From Ginglymostoma cirratum (Eukaryota): a stretch of 64,000 nt of DNA. How positions within the stretch are numbered: position 1 is the stretch's first letter; every line of letters starts with the position of its first letter. A program made the translations under genes and the position numbers. Below the pieces are notes generated by a model. That model had not been told where the DNA came from, ran no database searches, and worked only from the letters and a program-made list of their open reading frames with translations. The stretch is from the NCBI GenBank assembly GCA_024137785.1, contig JAHRHZ010000087.1, positions 17,860,258-17,924,257 of the forward strand, given 5' to 3'. Shown here piece after piece: positions 47,415 to 59,949 of this stretch.

Positions 47415-49330
47415 ACCAGGGGAAACGTTCTCTTGGCATCTACATCTCTCGGAATCAAGGCTTCTCAGAATCTTATGTTTCAATTAGAACCCTTCACGTT
47501 TTTCTAAGCTCCAAATGATTTGGATGTGAATATAGGAGGAATGGTTAGTAGGTTTGTAGATGACACCAAAATTGGTGGTGTAGTGAGCAGTGAAGACGAT
47601 TATCTTAGAGAACGAAGGGAATGTGATCAGATGGGCTGATGGGCCAAAAAGTCGCAGATGGAGTTTAATTTAGATAAATATGAGGTGTTGCATTTCGGTA
47701 AGGCAAATGGTAGGGTCCGGGCCAAACGAAGAAACCTTGGAGGTGCAGGTTCATTGCTCCTTGAGTCACAGATTGACAGGATAGTGAAGAAGGTGTCCGG
47801 CACACTTGCCTTCATTGGTCAGAGCATTGAATGTCGGAGTTGGGATGCCATGTTATGGCTGTACAGGACATCAGTTAGGCCACTTTTGGCATACAGCATT
47901 CAGTTCTGGTCTCCCTACTATAGGAAAGATGTTGTTAAACTTGAAATGGTACAGAAAACATTTACAAGGATGTTGCTGGGATTGGAGGGTTTAAACTATA
48001 GGGAGAGGCTGAATAGGCTGGGACTATTTTCTCTGGAGCGTCAGAGGCTGAGGTGTGGCCTTATAAAGATTTATAAGATCATGAGGGGCATGAATAGGGT
48101 AAATAGCCAATGCCTTTATCCCAGAGTAGGGAAGTCTAAAACTAGACAGCGTAGGTTTCGGATGAGAGGGGAAAGATATAAAAGTGACTTAAGGGGAACT
48201 TTTTCACACAGAGGGTGGTGCATGTATGGAATGAACTGCCAGAATGAGTGGTGAAGGCTGGTTAAGTAACAATATTTTAAAGCCATCTGGATGGGTACAT
48301 GAATATGAAGAGTTTAAAGGGATATGGGCCAAATGCTTGCAAGTGAGACTAGATTAATTTAGGATATCTGTTCAGCATGGATGATTTGGACCAAGGGATT
48401 TGTTTCCGTACAACTCTCTGACTCTAAATAATGATTTCAAATAAGACAATGCTTTCAATCTCAAGAATTGGCCTAGTGAATATTCTTTTAACTGCTTGTA
48501 GTGCAAGTGCATCCCTCTTTAAGTAAGAATAGAATCTATACACTTCCAAGCACGGTCTCACCAATGTACACAGCTGTAGCATGACTGGGCCCACAACTAT
48601 TTATGACCTTCTAACAACTTGGATGAACAGAACAACTGCATTGTAGCCACATTTGGTGATGATGGGTAAGAAAGGAAGATGCAAGGTGAACACAAAAGAG
48701 TCCACAAAGGGACATAGATAGATTCAGTGGGTGCACAAAAATTTGGTTGATGAGCTGTGATGTGGGAAATAGCGAGGTTGTGTAATTTGGTAGAAATAAT
48801 ATAAAAGCAGAATATTGTTTAAATCGAGAGACACTGCACAATGCTGTCAAACGGAGGGATCTGGGTGTCCTTGTTCATTAATAACAAAAGGGGTTAGCAT
48901 ACTGGCACAGTGAGTAATTAGGAAGGCAAGTGGAATGTTACAAGGGGATGAAGTATACAATTTGTGGTGTAATGCTACGAGTTTGCAGAGTATTGATGAG
49001 ATAGCGATCAATATAACACTCAGCTATTCTAGTCACTAGTTAATTTGCTAATTTGGAAATGACCTATTTATCTCAACTCACATTAACCAATCCTGTATCC
49101 ATGCTATTTTACCAGCCCAAACAACATGACTTATCTTGTGTATCAATCTTTTATGATCCATCTTATCAAATGGCTTGTGGAAATCCAAATACACTCCATC
49201 TACTGGTTCCCCTTTAATTCACGTCAGTTATTACATTTTCTAAAAACTCTAATAAATGTATTAAACATAGATTTCTTTTCAAATAAATGACGACCCTGCC
49301 AGATAGAATTGAGATTTTCTGTCGGTGTCA
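47415..49330. mobile_element. Cluster of nested CR1 fragments; best copy 47515-48427 on the + strand
   Basis: FVDDTKIGG, MEFNLDKYEVLHFG, QFWSPYYRKDV and GLFSLERQRLR. Flanking older fragments on both strands. Confidence 0.85.
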
Positions 49331-49428
49331 CAGATATGCAGTGTAACAGATGATAAGTTCTCGGATACAAGCCCTGTTAGAATTTCCACAGATAGGGTTG
49401 TTTGTATATGTGGAGTGGGAGAAGTACA

Positions 49429-49739
49429 GGGTGGCATGGTGGCTCAGTGGTTAGCACTGCTGCCTCACAGTGCCAGGGATCCGGAGTTGATTCCACCCTC
49501 AGGTGACAATCTGTGTGGAGTTTGTTTGTTCTCTCCGTGTCTGTGTGGGTTTCCTCTGGGCACTCTGGTTTCCTTCCACAGTCTAAAGATCTGCAGGTTA
49601 GGTGGATTAGCCATGGGAAATGCAGGATTACAGGGATAGGATAGGGGGATGGGTCTGGTTGGGGTTCTCTTCAGAGGGTCAGTGTAGACTCGATGGGCTG
49701 AATGGTCTGCCTCCACACTGTAGGGATTGTATGATTCTA
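49429..49739 (+). mobile_element. HE1-like V-SINE
   Basis: GGTGGCTCAGTGGTTAGCACTGCTGCCTCACAG...CCACACTGTAGGGATT. Confidence 0.9.
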
Positions 49740-49869
49740 AGTAGGGAAACACCTGCTTTTCCATTCTCAATGTATTTTTTTTGGCCTCAGTTGCCCAATT
49801 CCCATTTGTTTGTTGTGACAGAGATTCTCGACAGTAATGAAGACAATTTGGATATTTGCAGTATTTTTC

Positions 49870-50125
49870 TCTTCATTTATGGGGTGTAAGCACTCTGGCA
49901 AGAGCAGCATTTATCTACCATCCCTAACAGCCATGAGAAATTGATGGCTAGTTGTTTTGGAGAACTGCTGCAGTTCATTTGGTGAAAGTACTTTCACAAA
50001 GGGGATAAAATTCCAGTATTTGATTCAGTGATAGTGAAGGCATATTGAGAGTTTTCCAAGTCAGGCTAGTGTGTGACTTGGAGTCGAACTTGTAGGTGGT
50101 GGGATCCCATGCATCACCACTATGC
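49870..50125 (-). mobile_element. LINE 3'-end fragment (same family as 3838-3958)
   Basis: GGCAAGAGCAGCATTTAT...CCCTAA...TTCCAAGTCAGG..GTGTGTGACTTGGAG. Confidence 0.55.
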
Positions 50126-50131
50126 ACTTCT

Positions 50132-50472
50132 GGTTGGCACGGTGGCTCAGTGGTTAGCACTGCTACCTCACAGCACCAGTGACCCAGGTTCAATTCCACC
50201 CTCAGGATACTGTCTGTGTGGAGTTTGCACATGTCTGTGTGGGTGTGCTACAGTTTCCTCCCACAGTCCAAAGGTGTGCAGGTTAGATGGATTGGCCATG
50301 CTAAATTGCCCATAGTGTCCAGGGGTGTGCAGACTAGGTGGATTAGCCACAGGAAATGGGGATTTACAGGAATAAGATAAGGGGGGATGAGTTTGGTGGG
50401 ATACTCTTTGGAGGATTGGTGTGGACTCAATTGGCTGAATGGCCTGCTTCCACACTGTAGGGATTCTATGAT
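50132..50472 (+). mobile_element. HE1-like V-SINE
   Basis: GGCACGGTGGCTCAGTGGTTAGCACTG...CCACACTGTAGGGATTCTATGA. Confidence 0.9.
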
Positions 50473-52360
50473 ATTATCCCCTTCCAGCATACTGAATTCT
50501 TCCCTTTGTATCCCTGCCCAGACTGATTCACCACAGGCCCAAAGGATGGTACCTGGACTGGTTGTACTTGATCTGTGGGACTGACTGTGGTCGAATCTCT
50601 GACTGTCAGGACATGGAACTCTGGATGCTAGTAGACCAAGAACCTGACTGACAGTGGGCAACCCCCTGCATTGGAATCAGTCACACCCTTTGACTGATTG
50701 TGGCATCGTCTCCTGGCTGACTGCAGTCCCCAATGACTCACTAAGAACTGCATCCCTTTAACTTTCACACATGGCTATTTAGCTGAAGGACATTCAGTGC
50801 TTTTGCCATGTAGGCTGCTGGTACATGCTGCAAGTGGGAAATTGACATAGCATGGCGCCATACAGCATCTGTCCATCCCCACGACTGCTCTGTGTTTCCA
50901 GCTGTGGGAAGTTGCCTGCCTCTCCCTTGGTGCTAAGAAGCAATGCAAGCCACTGAGGTTTCAGCCTGCAATTAAGCACAAAGTGAGTGAGAGCTAAGAA
51001 ATCTAGCCGACAGCATTAAGATGCATCCTATGTAAATGCATGAGATATGAGGTGTCCTTTCGTGCAAAACAACCTGGCAGAATTGTGAAAGTTGTGAGTG
51101 ACCCTGACCTCAAAATTAAATCCTGAAGAGCTGAAGAGGTGTTTGAATTGGTGTTTGAATTGGACTAGAAGCAGACATGGGGATGTGGTGAGGCATGTGG
51201 TTTGCTGTTGCCACCTTGCATGGACAAAGAGTGGAGGAAGAGTGTGGTCAGGGAGCACGCATGGGCATTCTGGTGAAGACAGAATTATAGGAAAGCCTGG
51301 ATTAGCAATTGATGAGCTGAAGCAGCCAGATAGCTGTTCTGACTTTCATGTTGGAAATTGCACCATCCATTCTTGGGGAAGGAGAGGAGAAAGACTGGCA
51401 TAGAAACGGGATAGAGTTGGGGTTTAATGAGATGGAAATGAATGGAAATTATACAGTCAGTGCTCTGTAGCAAGGTTTTGAAGTTGCCTTTCAAACCTTA
51501 GAGGGAAAATCAGGAACTTATTCTCAAAGTCAAGACTCCACTTCTTTTTCGCTTCCATTTCTTTCTCAAGTTTCTCACCATTGTTTATGCCACACCAGGA
51601 AGGGGAAAGCTCCATCCCATGCCCCTGTAATGGCAATCATATGATTCTCATGTCTTTCTATTTATGTTGGCAAAGCATCCATCTTGTTTGAAATGTTCTG
51701 TTCAGATAAAGCACCTTTTTTTATTTTTGTCTTTTTAACCCATGTTCCCTAGTCTGATCTTATTTGCTGGTAAACTCTTATGTTTGTATGTTATGTTTCC
51801 CTGATGCACTCTGGTTAGCATTATTTGCTGCACTGTGCTACTCACTTGTCCTTTCCCTTTAGTTTTCTAAATCTGGCCTCACATGAACAGTTTACTTTCC
51901 ATTTTAGTTTGAAGCCCCCTCTGCAGCCATAGTTATAAGGATCACCCCTACACAAGTCCCAGAGGAGAATACAATCAATTTAACATAAACAATAACATAC
52001 CACAGAATATTACATGAATTAAGAGTTGAACATTAGAAATGAGAATGTAATTTTAACAAATAGATACAAATTTAAATTTTCAGCAACCGAATTTTGGTGA
52101 TTGAAAACCAAATTTGAGCCCAATATTTAGATACTGAGACTTTGATCTTCTACATACTTTGAATAGACATCTTAATTATGAAACATTCCCTGACTTACAA
52201 ACATCCGACTCATCAAAACTTGTATTTATGAATGTGATCCTGTACAGAAGTATGATTTTAATAATCCAAGATACAAATGTTTTCTGTACTTGTGCAATTA
52301 TTTTATATTGTCCTGCATTGGATTCAAGAACACAACCTGTTTGCATCTCGGGGACTGCTT

Positions 52361-52647
52361 GATAGAATCCCTACAGTGTGGAAACAGGCCCTTTGGCCCA
52401 ACAAGTCCACACTGAACCTCAGAGCATCCCACCCAGACCCACCCCCTATAACCCACCTAATCTACACCTCTCTGAACACTATGGGCAATCCACCTAACCT
52501 GCACATCTTTGGACTGTGGGAGGAAACCCACATAGACATGGGGAGAATGTGCAAACTCCACACAGACAGTCACCCAAGGCTGGAATTGAACCCGGGTCCC
52601 CGGTGCTGTGAGGGAGCAGTGCTAACCACTGAGCCACCATGCTGCCC
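52361..52647 (-). mobile_element. HE1-like V-SINE
   Basis: ATAGAATCCCTACAGTGTGGAAACAGG...GCTAACCACTGAGCCACCATGCTGCCC. Confidence 0.9.
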
Positions 52648-53038
52648 TTCTATAAGACATACTTCTCATATGATCAACAATGATCACTATTGAATGATAG
52701 GCTTAGGTCAGTGTTTATAAACTGTTTCGAACTCTCCAACCAAGAAAGGTCGGCATCAGTCTGCTCTATTATCGTTGGCAACCAACATCGTACACATTTG
52801 ACTGTACCTTCGAACAATCCATTCCACAGTAAGTAAACATCATCCTGCTGTTAAATTATCAAGGATCAGATGGACATCGTGTACATAACAACAATGCCTA
52901 AACCAAAGCCATCGCCCCCTCCCATCCTCACTTCTTATTGATAGGAAAACTAAAGGTAAATTTTAAAAAAAGCTGTCAGTGGGTGAGAAAACAATTTCTG
53001 TAGTACTGCTAGCCTGGGATAGGCTGTGCCTGAGGCAG

Positions 53039-53628
53039 AGATAGTAGGAACTGCAGATGCTGGAGAATCTGAGATAACAAGGTGTAGAGCTGGATGAACA
53101 CAGCAGGCCAAGCAGCATCAGAGGAGCAGGAAAGCTGACATTTTGGGCCTCGACCCTTCTTCAGAAATGGGGGAGGGGAAGGGGGTTCTGAAATAAATAG
53201 AGAGAGAGGGGGAGGTGGATAGAAGATGGATAGAGGAGAAGATAGGTGGCGAGGAGACAGACAGGTCAAAGAGGCAGGAATGGAGCCAGTAAAGGTGAGT
53301 GTAGGTGGGGAGTTAGGGAGGGGATAGGTCAGCCCAGGGAGGACAGACAGGTCAAGGGGGCGGGATGAAACTAGTAGGTAGGAGGTGGGGGTGTGGCTTG
53401 AGGTGGGAGGAGGGGATAGGTAGGAGGAAGGACAGGTTAGGGAGGCGGGGAGAAGCTGGGCTGGTTTTGGGATGCGGTAGGGGTGGGGAGATTTTGAAGC
53501 TTGTGAAGTCCACATTGATATCATTGGGCTGCAGGGTTCCCAAGCAGAATATGAGGTGCTGTTCCTACCTTCGGGTGGCATCGTTGCGGCACTGCAGGAG
53601 GCCCAGGATGGACATGTCGTCTGAGGAA
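53039..53628 (-). mobile_element. 5'-truncated Penelope-like element (GIY-YIG C-terminus and complete 3' terminus), 14-bp TSD
   Basis: LGTLQPNDINVDFTSFKIS as in 188-559. TGTGCCTGAGGCAG at 53025-53038 and 53629-53642. Hammerhead decayed (GAAAC to AAAAT) at about 53137-53164. Confidence 0.92.
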
Positions 53629-53764
53629 TGTGCCTGAGGCAGTTAGCTACACAGACCACACACTGCACGTTATTGTTCCAGGGAATGAATGTAAGCCTGA
53701 CCAGTGTCACTAGAACCTCTGCTTTGAAAACAAAAAAACTCATAAAAATATGACTCATGTTCTG

Positions 53765-53868
53765 TGTTTTGAAGAAGAATCATGCTAGACTCGAAACATT
53801 AATTTTATTTCACTCTACAGGTGCTGTTAAACCTACTGAGTTTCTCCAGAATTCTCCATGTTTTATTA
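53765..53868 (+). mobile_element. Decayed family-B mini-element
   Basis: TTGAAGAAGAATC...GACTCGAAACATTAA...CTACAGGTGCTG...CTGAGTTTCTCCAG. Confidence 0.55.
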
Positions 53869-56689
53869 TGGAATTGATGGTGAATCACAAAAGTACTGGA
53901 AAAAGCACAAATGAGTTCTTTTATGCACATGTTTTTCTCTCTGGGTGCTAACTTTACAAAATTGTTTTCATCTCTATCAGTCTGATGTTCATTTAAACAA
54001 TATGTCTGAAAAAACTACCGGACAGATTTCAACAAAACCTAGTGTAGAGAAGATTGATCCAAGAGGAGGTGGTTAGTCTTTGGTGAAGATGCAGGCCTGT
54101 TCTTGGAATTTTTTTTTAAAGATCCATTAATGTTGGAAGATGGGAAGGATTGTCTTTTTTTTAAAGAATAATTTTGATTGTTTTCAAATGTGGATTGTCT
54201 TATATCTTACGGTGCAATTTATCGCAAACCATGAGTAGAGTTTTAAGATAGGTTGTTGTATATGGATTTGCCCAAAGCTCCCTTAGTGACATGGAAGCTC
54301 AAAAAAAAAGATTGTTTTTCAGTTTTGTAGATACAGTGCATGAACCAGGAGGGAAAAGCCTCAATGAAAAGCTGTTTATTGCAATAAAGTTGAGACAACG
54401 CAGCATAGTGAAGGCATATACTGAATGGTAAATCCTCTTCACTAGTTTAAGGAATGAATCTGGGTGAGCTTTAAATCATTGAGGCTGCAAAGAATGTAAG
54501 AATAATTAAATAAACCTTATGTTGTCCTAATGCAGTAATTTGAGGTTGGGAATTTGTTTCCTATTTTCTGAATAAATGAGCATTCTGATCCTTTAATCAT
54601 AATAAAACCATGAGAATGAACAAACGCAATGTATATGCTTATATAAAATCAGAAATTATGCTTGCACTATTTCTTACTCAATCCTTTAAAACAGTATTTC
54701 ATTTATTTTATATAGGCGGCAGTGAATATTTCATTTTTGCAGTTCATAAAGTTGCCATAGAAACAATTTCCTGGATAATGCATTATCCTGTTCTGCTGTA
54801 TTGGAGTGTTTTTAGCGTAGTCATGCATTTGATTGACAGATGATTTTTTAAAGAGTATACTAAAATGTCACCAGGGTAATCTTTACGCTGTAGAGTTTCA
54901 ATGAGCTGGAATAAATCGTTGCAGTACATGCTGCTTCATTCTGCTCAATATCTATTTAGGAAATAGTACTTAGGACTAAACCCAGGATAATGTTTAATTC
55001 ATATTTTTCTTGAGTTGCTTTTGCAAATCAGATTTGTTGATAGCTAAATGTACACATTCATACTCTTCAATGTAATTTGATGTTTAATAATGGATAAAAT
55101 GCTATTGGAAAAAAATCCTGTAATTTGACCGAGTTCACAAATTGGATTTTATGTCGTTTGTAAATTACAATTTTGAAGAACATAATAATGGTGAGCAAAA
55201 AAGTAATACCTTGTAAATTATATTTCAGTATGAATAAAATCATGTATACCCATTATCTAGTGCACCACCTGAACAGCTACCTTCCTCTCCTGTTGCTTTA
55301 TAATAACCAGATGTAGTCCAGAGGTGAAAAGAACAAAAATAAATGTTACATTTAAAACATGGAACCTCCATCTGCCAGCTGTACCACCCACAGGGATGAA
55401 ATTAGAATGAGTTTGGTCTGATCAGAGAAAGTTTTTTTGCTGTTTTGAAATATGCTTCAGCAACATTTTCTCCTTGGATATTCTTCACAGATATCACAAA
55501 AAGCTCTTTGCAAAAAGTGAAAAAGCAAGCAATTGCATAATAATCAAACTAGTCTATCTTCAGGGGTCTTAGTGACTGAAGTATGTAATGGTTTTCTGTA
55601 TTTGATAATCATTTGTTAATAATCATGTACAATCATATTCATTGAAAATGGACAAGCTTTTACTCTGAAAGAAAGTATAATTGAGTAAGAAACTGCTTTT
55701 CAGGCTTAGTATTGCATTTCTTTGCAGCATTCAAATTAATTTAATTGTCAACCCTGTTGACTATGGAAGGGTATATGTAGCAACAGAAAGCATGTAGTAT
55801 ATTCATAGACATTATTGTAAAATAATTTTAGTTCATCAGGTGCATCTTCTATACGAAACTAAGAGGAACCATTGTGTCTAGGACTAAGCATACTGTCTCC
55901 AATTTTCTCATCCTTTTCAAGACCCATCTTACAGTTTAGTTTCACAGTGCCTGCAGACTTTGGAGTTTTGCTCAAGTACCAATTGTAATGATGTGAGCTG
56001 ACTTTCTGAAAAGCAGCAAGTCCTCGAATTATGGTCAAATATCACAGCTGAGCCTGATCCATTGTCCATGCATGCATAGATGCAAATAGATACTTCTGAG
56101 GATTGGAAGCCCTAGCTGGTTTCTTATCCTCCCTTGGCCCAATTTCCCTGCCAACACTGCTGATCTTGCTAGGATCAATTAGCTTAACACAGACTGGAGG
56201 TTGGATGTAAGACCCATAAGGGTAAGACAGTTCACATGTTTTGTGGTATCGCTGATATCCAAGAGATCTAAACTGTGCCTTTGTCTTAATTTTGCTTTGA
56301 ACGTAGAGAACTATATTGCCTTGAAAAACGAGTCATGAATTACTTGCCTTAATGCAACAATGGACAGCAAATAGAAGTCACCAGTTGCCCTTTGGAGTGA
56401 TATAGCTTTCAAAAGCAAAACAAAGTAGCCTTGAACGGAATTTCTAAATAAAATTATCAGTCAAACATAAATTGCAAAAGGGATTGTTTCCCAAAAAGTC
56501 TCCTTCAGAGTAATTATAACACTCTTAAATCACAATGAAACACTACAAGAGAGGTTTAAGACTCCAGAAACAGCCTTCATCATCTACAGACACAAGGATA
56601 TGCTGTGATTTGATGCTATGCCTTGCATCAGCGGCTCTTAGGCTGAAAGTAATGGACTAGGAAGGATGATACTGTCACTCTAAACCCAT

Positions 56690-58280
56690 CATGACTGTAC
56701 TAACAGTAATAGAGAAATGGTGTTGGGGAAATTGGTGGGATTAAAGCCTGATAAATCCCCAAATCCTGATAATGTACATCCCAGAGCACCTAAGGACATG
56801 GTCCTAGAAGTAGTGGATGAGTTGATGGTCATCTTTCAAGATTCTGTAGAATTCTGAAACAGCTTTGGAGGGTAATTAATGTAATCCCTTTATTTAAAAA
56901 AGGAAGTAGAGAGAAAACAGGGAATTACAGGCCTGCCAGCAGTAGTGGGAAAATGATAGAGTCCATTATAAAAGATTTAATAACAGGGCACTTGGAAAAT
57001 GATGACCGGATTGAACAGAGTCATCATGGATTTATTTCAAGGAAATCATGCTTGAAAACTACTGGAATTTTTAAAGATGTAATTGGTAGAGTTGATAAAG
57101 AGGAGCTAGTGGATGTGGTTTACTTGGACATTCAGAAGGCTTTTGATAAGATTCTATGTAGAGATTAGGATGTAAAATTAAAGCAAATGAATGGGGGATA
57201 GTGTACTGACATGGATAGAGAACTGTTTGACAGACAGGAAACGCAGACTAGGAATAAATGGGTCTTTTTTTCGAGTGGAAACTGTGAATAGTGGGGTACT
57301 GCAGGGATCTATGCTTGAACCTCAAACATTCACAATATATGTATTAATGATTTAGATGAGGAAACTACATGTCATATCTCCACGTTTGCAGCTGACACAA
57401 AGCTGGGTGGGGAGATATGATCTGAGGAGGATGCAGTGAAGCTTCAGTGTGATTTAGACAAATTATGTGGGATAATATATGGCAGATGAGGTATAGTATG
57501 GATATATGTGAAGTTATCCTCTTTGCGAGCAAAAGTAGGCAGGCAGATCTGTATTATAAAGCTTAGGAAAGAGGGAGGTGCATTGAGATGTTGGTGTCCT
57601 TACACACCAGTCACTGAGAGTAAGCAGCAGGCAGCAAAGAAGACAAAGAGTATGCTAGCCCTCACTGTGAGAGGATTCAAATAGAGGATCAGGGATGTCT
57701 TGCTGCAACTGTATAGGGCATTGGTAAGACTGCGCCTGGAGCATTATGTGTAATTTTGGTTTCCTTATCCGAGGAAGTAAGTTCTGGCTGTTCAGAGAGT
57801 GCAGCAGAGGTTTACCAGACTGATTCCTGGGATGGTGGGAATGACACACAGGGAGAGACTAGTTAGGTGTATATTCACTAGAGTTTGGAAGAATGAGGGG
57901 TGATCTCGTAGAAATTCTAACAGGATTAAACAAGGTAAATATAAGAGGCAGGCTCTCAATGACTGCGGAGTCGAAACCAGGGGTCATAGTCCAAGAATAT
58001 AGTGTATACCATTTATGACAGAGATGATCAGAAATTTCTTCGTCCAAAAAGTGGTGAGTCTGTGGAATTTGTTACTACAGAATGTGGTTGAGGTCAAAAT
58101 ATTGACTGTTTTCACGAACAACCTGAATACATTTCTTTGGGTTAAATGAATCAAAGGATATGGGGAGAACGCAGAACATGGTACAGTACTGCGTTGGATG
58201 ATTAGCCATGATCATATCGAATGGCACAGCAGGATTGAAGGACTGATTGGCCTAATGCTGCTCCTATATTCTATCTTCCA
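56690..58280 (+). mobile_element. Decayed CR1 LINE (RT to 3' tail)
   Basis: DKSP.PD..HPR, FKKGSREK.GNYRP, QSHHGF, VDVVYLDIQKAFDK, SGVLQGS and FAADTKLGG. Confidence 0.9.
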
Positions 58281-58684
58281 TCAGTATAATGGGATATACT
58301 CTAACTTAAATTACCGTAGCTTTAACTTCCTCACAAATGGAGGAGATATAAAATGTACATTTAAAATATTCCCTACAGCTGTTCAAACATGTCTTTTTAA
58401 ATCAACATTTATTTTTATCAACGTTTTATTTCTATGTTTGGATTACATTGTGAATTATTAATGAGAGGTTTCTGCACCAAAATTTCCTCAATGTTCTGAA
58501 CTATAATTAGAACTTATCAAAGATACAAAATATTTAATGTGATTATTACTAATGTTATAATTTTTGGAAATATAGTTAAAATAACTTGAATCATGCAATC
58601 AATGGTCATGCCTTTTCTGGATTGTGGGCCTATTAAAATGAGTAGATTTTTTAAAAACTGAGTGGTTGAGTTAACAAAAATCAT

Positions 58685-58787
58685 GTTCTGAAGAAGGGTC
58701 ACTGGACTTCAAATGTTAACTCTGTTTTATATCCACAGATGCTGCCAGACCTGCTGAGTTTCTTCAGCAATTTCAGATTTTGTTTCA
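58685..58787 (+). mobile_element. Family-B mini-element with partly decayed hammerhead
   Basis: GTT-CTGAAGA-A-GGGTCACTGGACTT-CAAAT-GTT-AAC...CAGATGCTGCCAGACCTGCTGAG. Confidence 0.75.
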
Positions 58788-59949
58788 ATGTGAAAGTATT
58801 TTTGGATTTTGAAATGTATTCACTAAGCTAAATATTTAGTAAGTGGAATTGACTGCATTAGACTCTGCTAGAATGGGTGGAAACCCAGGGGGCAGCACAG
58901 ATACTCACCAAGAAATATTTTGACAAAATTGGTGTAAGCAGAGAATATAACAGGCACTTTGATAATTCGGAACAGAGTTATGAGAAAAAGCTGAGAACAG
59001 AACAACTTCTGTAAACCTTCAGTTTTTTTTAAATACTTCTCCACAACCCACCTTCTGACAAAACTGTTAACTAGTCTGGATTTAAATTTAGAATATTATA
59101 TGCATATTTCCATCAAATTAAAAAACGTGAAATTCTGTTGAGAAACATTCATGCAGTTTCACAAAGTAAGTAAATCTGATAGTCGAATTTACTGGTCTCA
59201 ATTTCAGTCAGACCTCTATTTGTAGACAAAGATGTAAGCTTTATTCTAACACAAGCAGTCAACTGTATTTTAATTTTTTTTAACATAATAATGTGCTCTG
59301 GGGTAGGATAGTAAAGAACTTTGCAGTGGAATCCATGGGTTAGAAACTTTTTTTTTATACATACCCTAATTGAGAAGAGAAGCGGGAACAGGAAATGGAA
59401 CCTTTTTGGTTTCTAGGGAAACTAAAGATAGAAACCAAAATTGGAAACCAAAAGCTATGGGGAAACTGAAACTGGTTGAAAAAGACACAAGATTTTCTGA
59501 GTTTAGATAATCCCAGCAGTGCAGTACGGACAGACCGAAGAAGACAGAGGCTGGATTCAGAATCTGGGATTAGGGAAATACACACTTGGTGCAACTGTTT
59601 CTGTCACTTAGTGGATCTACACTGTCAAGACTTTTGCAAGCTCAGGCAGTTCTGTGGATGTGTGCCATTTTGGTGAAGACTGTGCCTGTGGAACCCTGTG
59701 CTGTTATCAGCTGGGATTGAGGCTAGAAACTTGGACAAAGGAGAGCTGGGCTCTCTGTGGGAGAAGCCCAAGCGCAAATTTACTGTTTCATTACAACTAA
59801 ATGCAAATTCAGTTAAATGTTTTGGAGAGTTCCAGGAGGCACAGCAAGATATTCTGTGGCATCTTATCTGCATTAACTACCTACTATATGGCAATCCTCA
59901 CTTTCCAATTTTATCCCCATTTTACTACGTTCTGTTCCTGGAACAACTT

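Noticed and set aside
49429-49510. tRNA genes at box A/B-like sequences (also about 4700, 9810, 16720, 37780, 50140, 52620)
   Set aside because: These are SINE heads: no complete cloverleaf, and each continues into a SINE body.
52700-52900. CpG-containing unique stretch with CA|GTAAGT
   Set aside because: No convincing upstream acceptor or recognisable peptide.
53009-53758. 249-aa ORF
   Set aside because: Read-through of a low-complexity PLE UTR in a non-coding frame.
3295-58787. Recurrent short repeats as a CRISPR-like array
   Set aside because: Copies are dispersed, in both orientations, carry TSDs and have no regular repeat-spacer period or cas genes. The context is eukaryotic.
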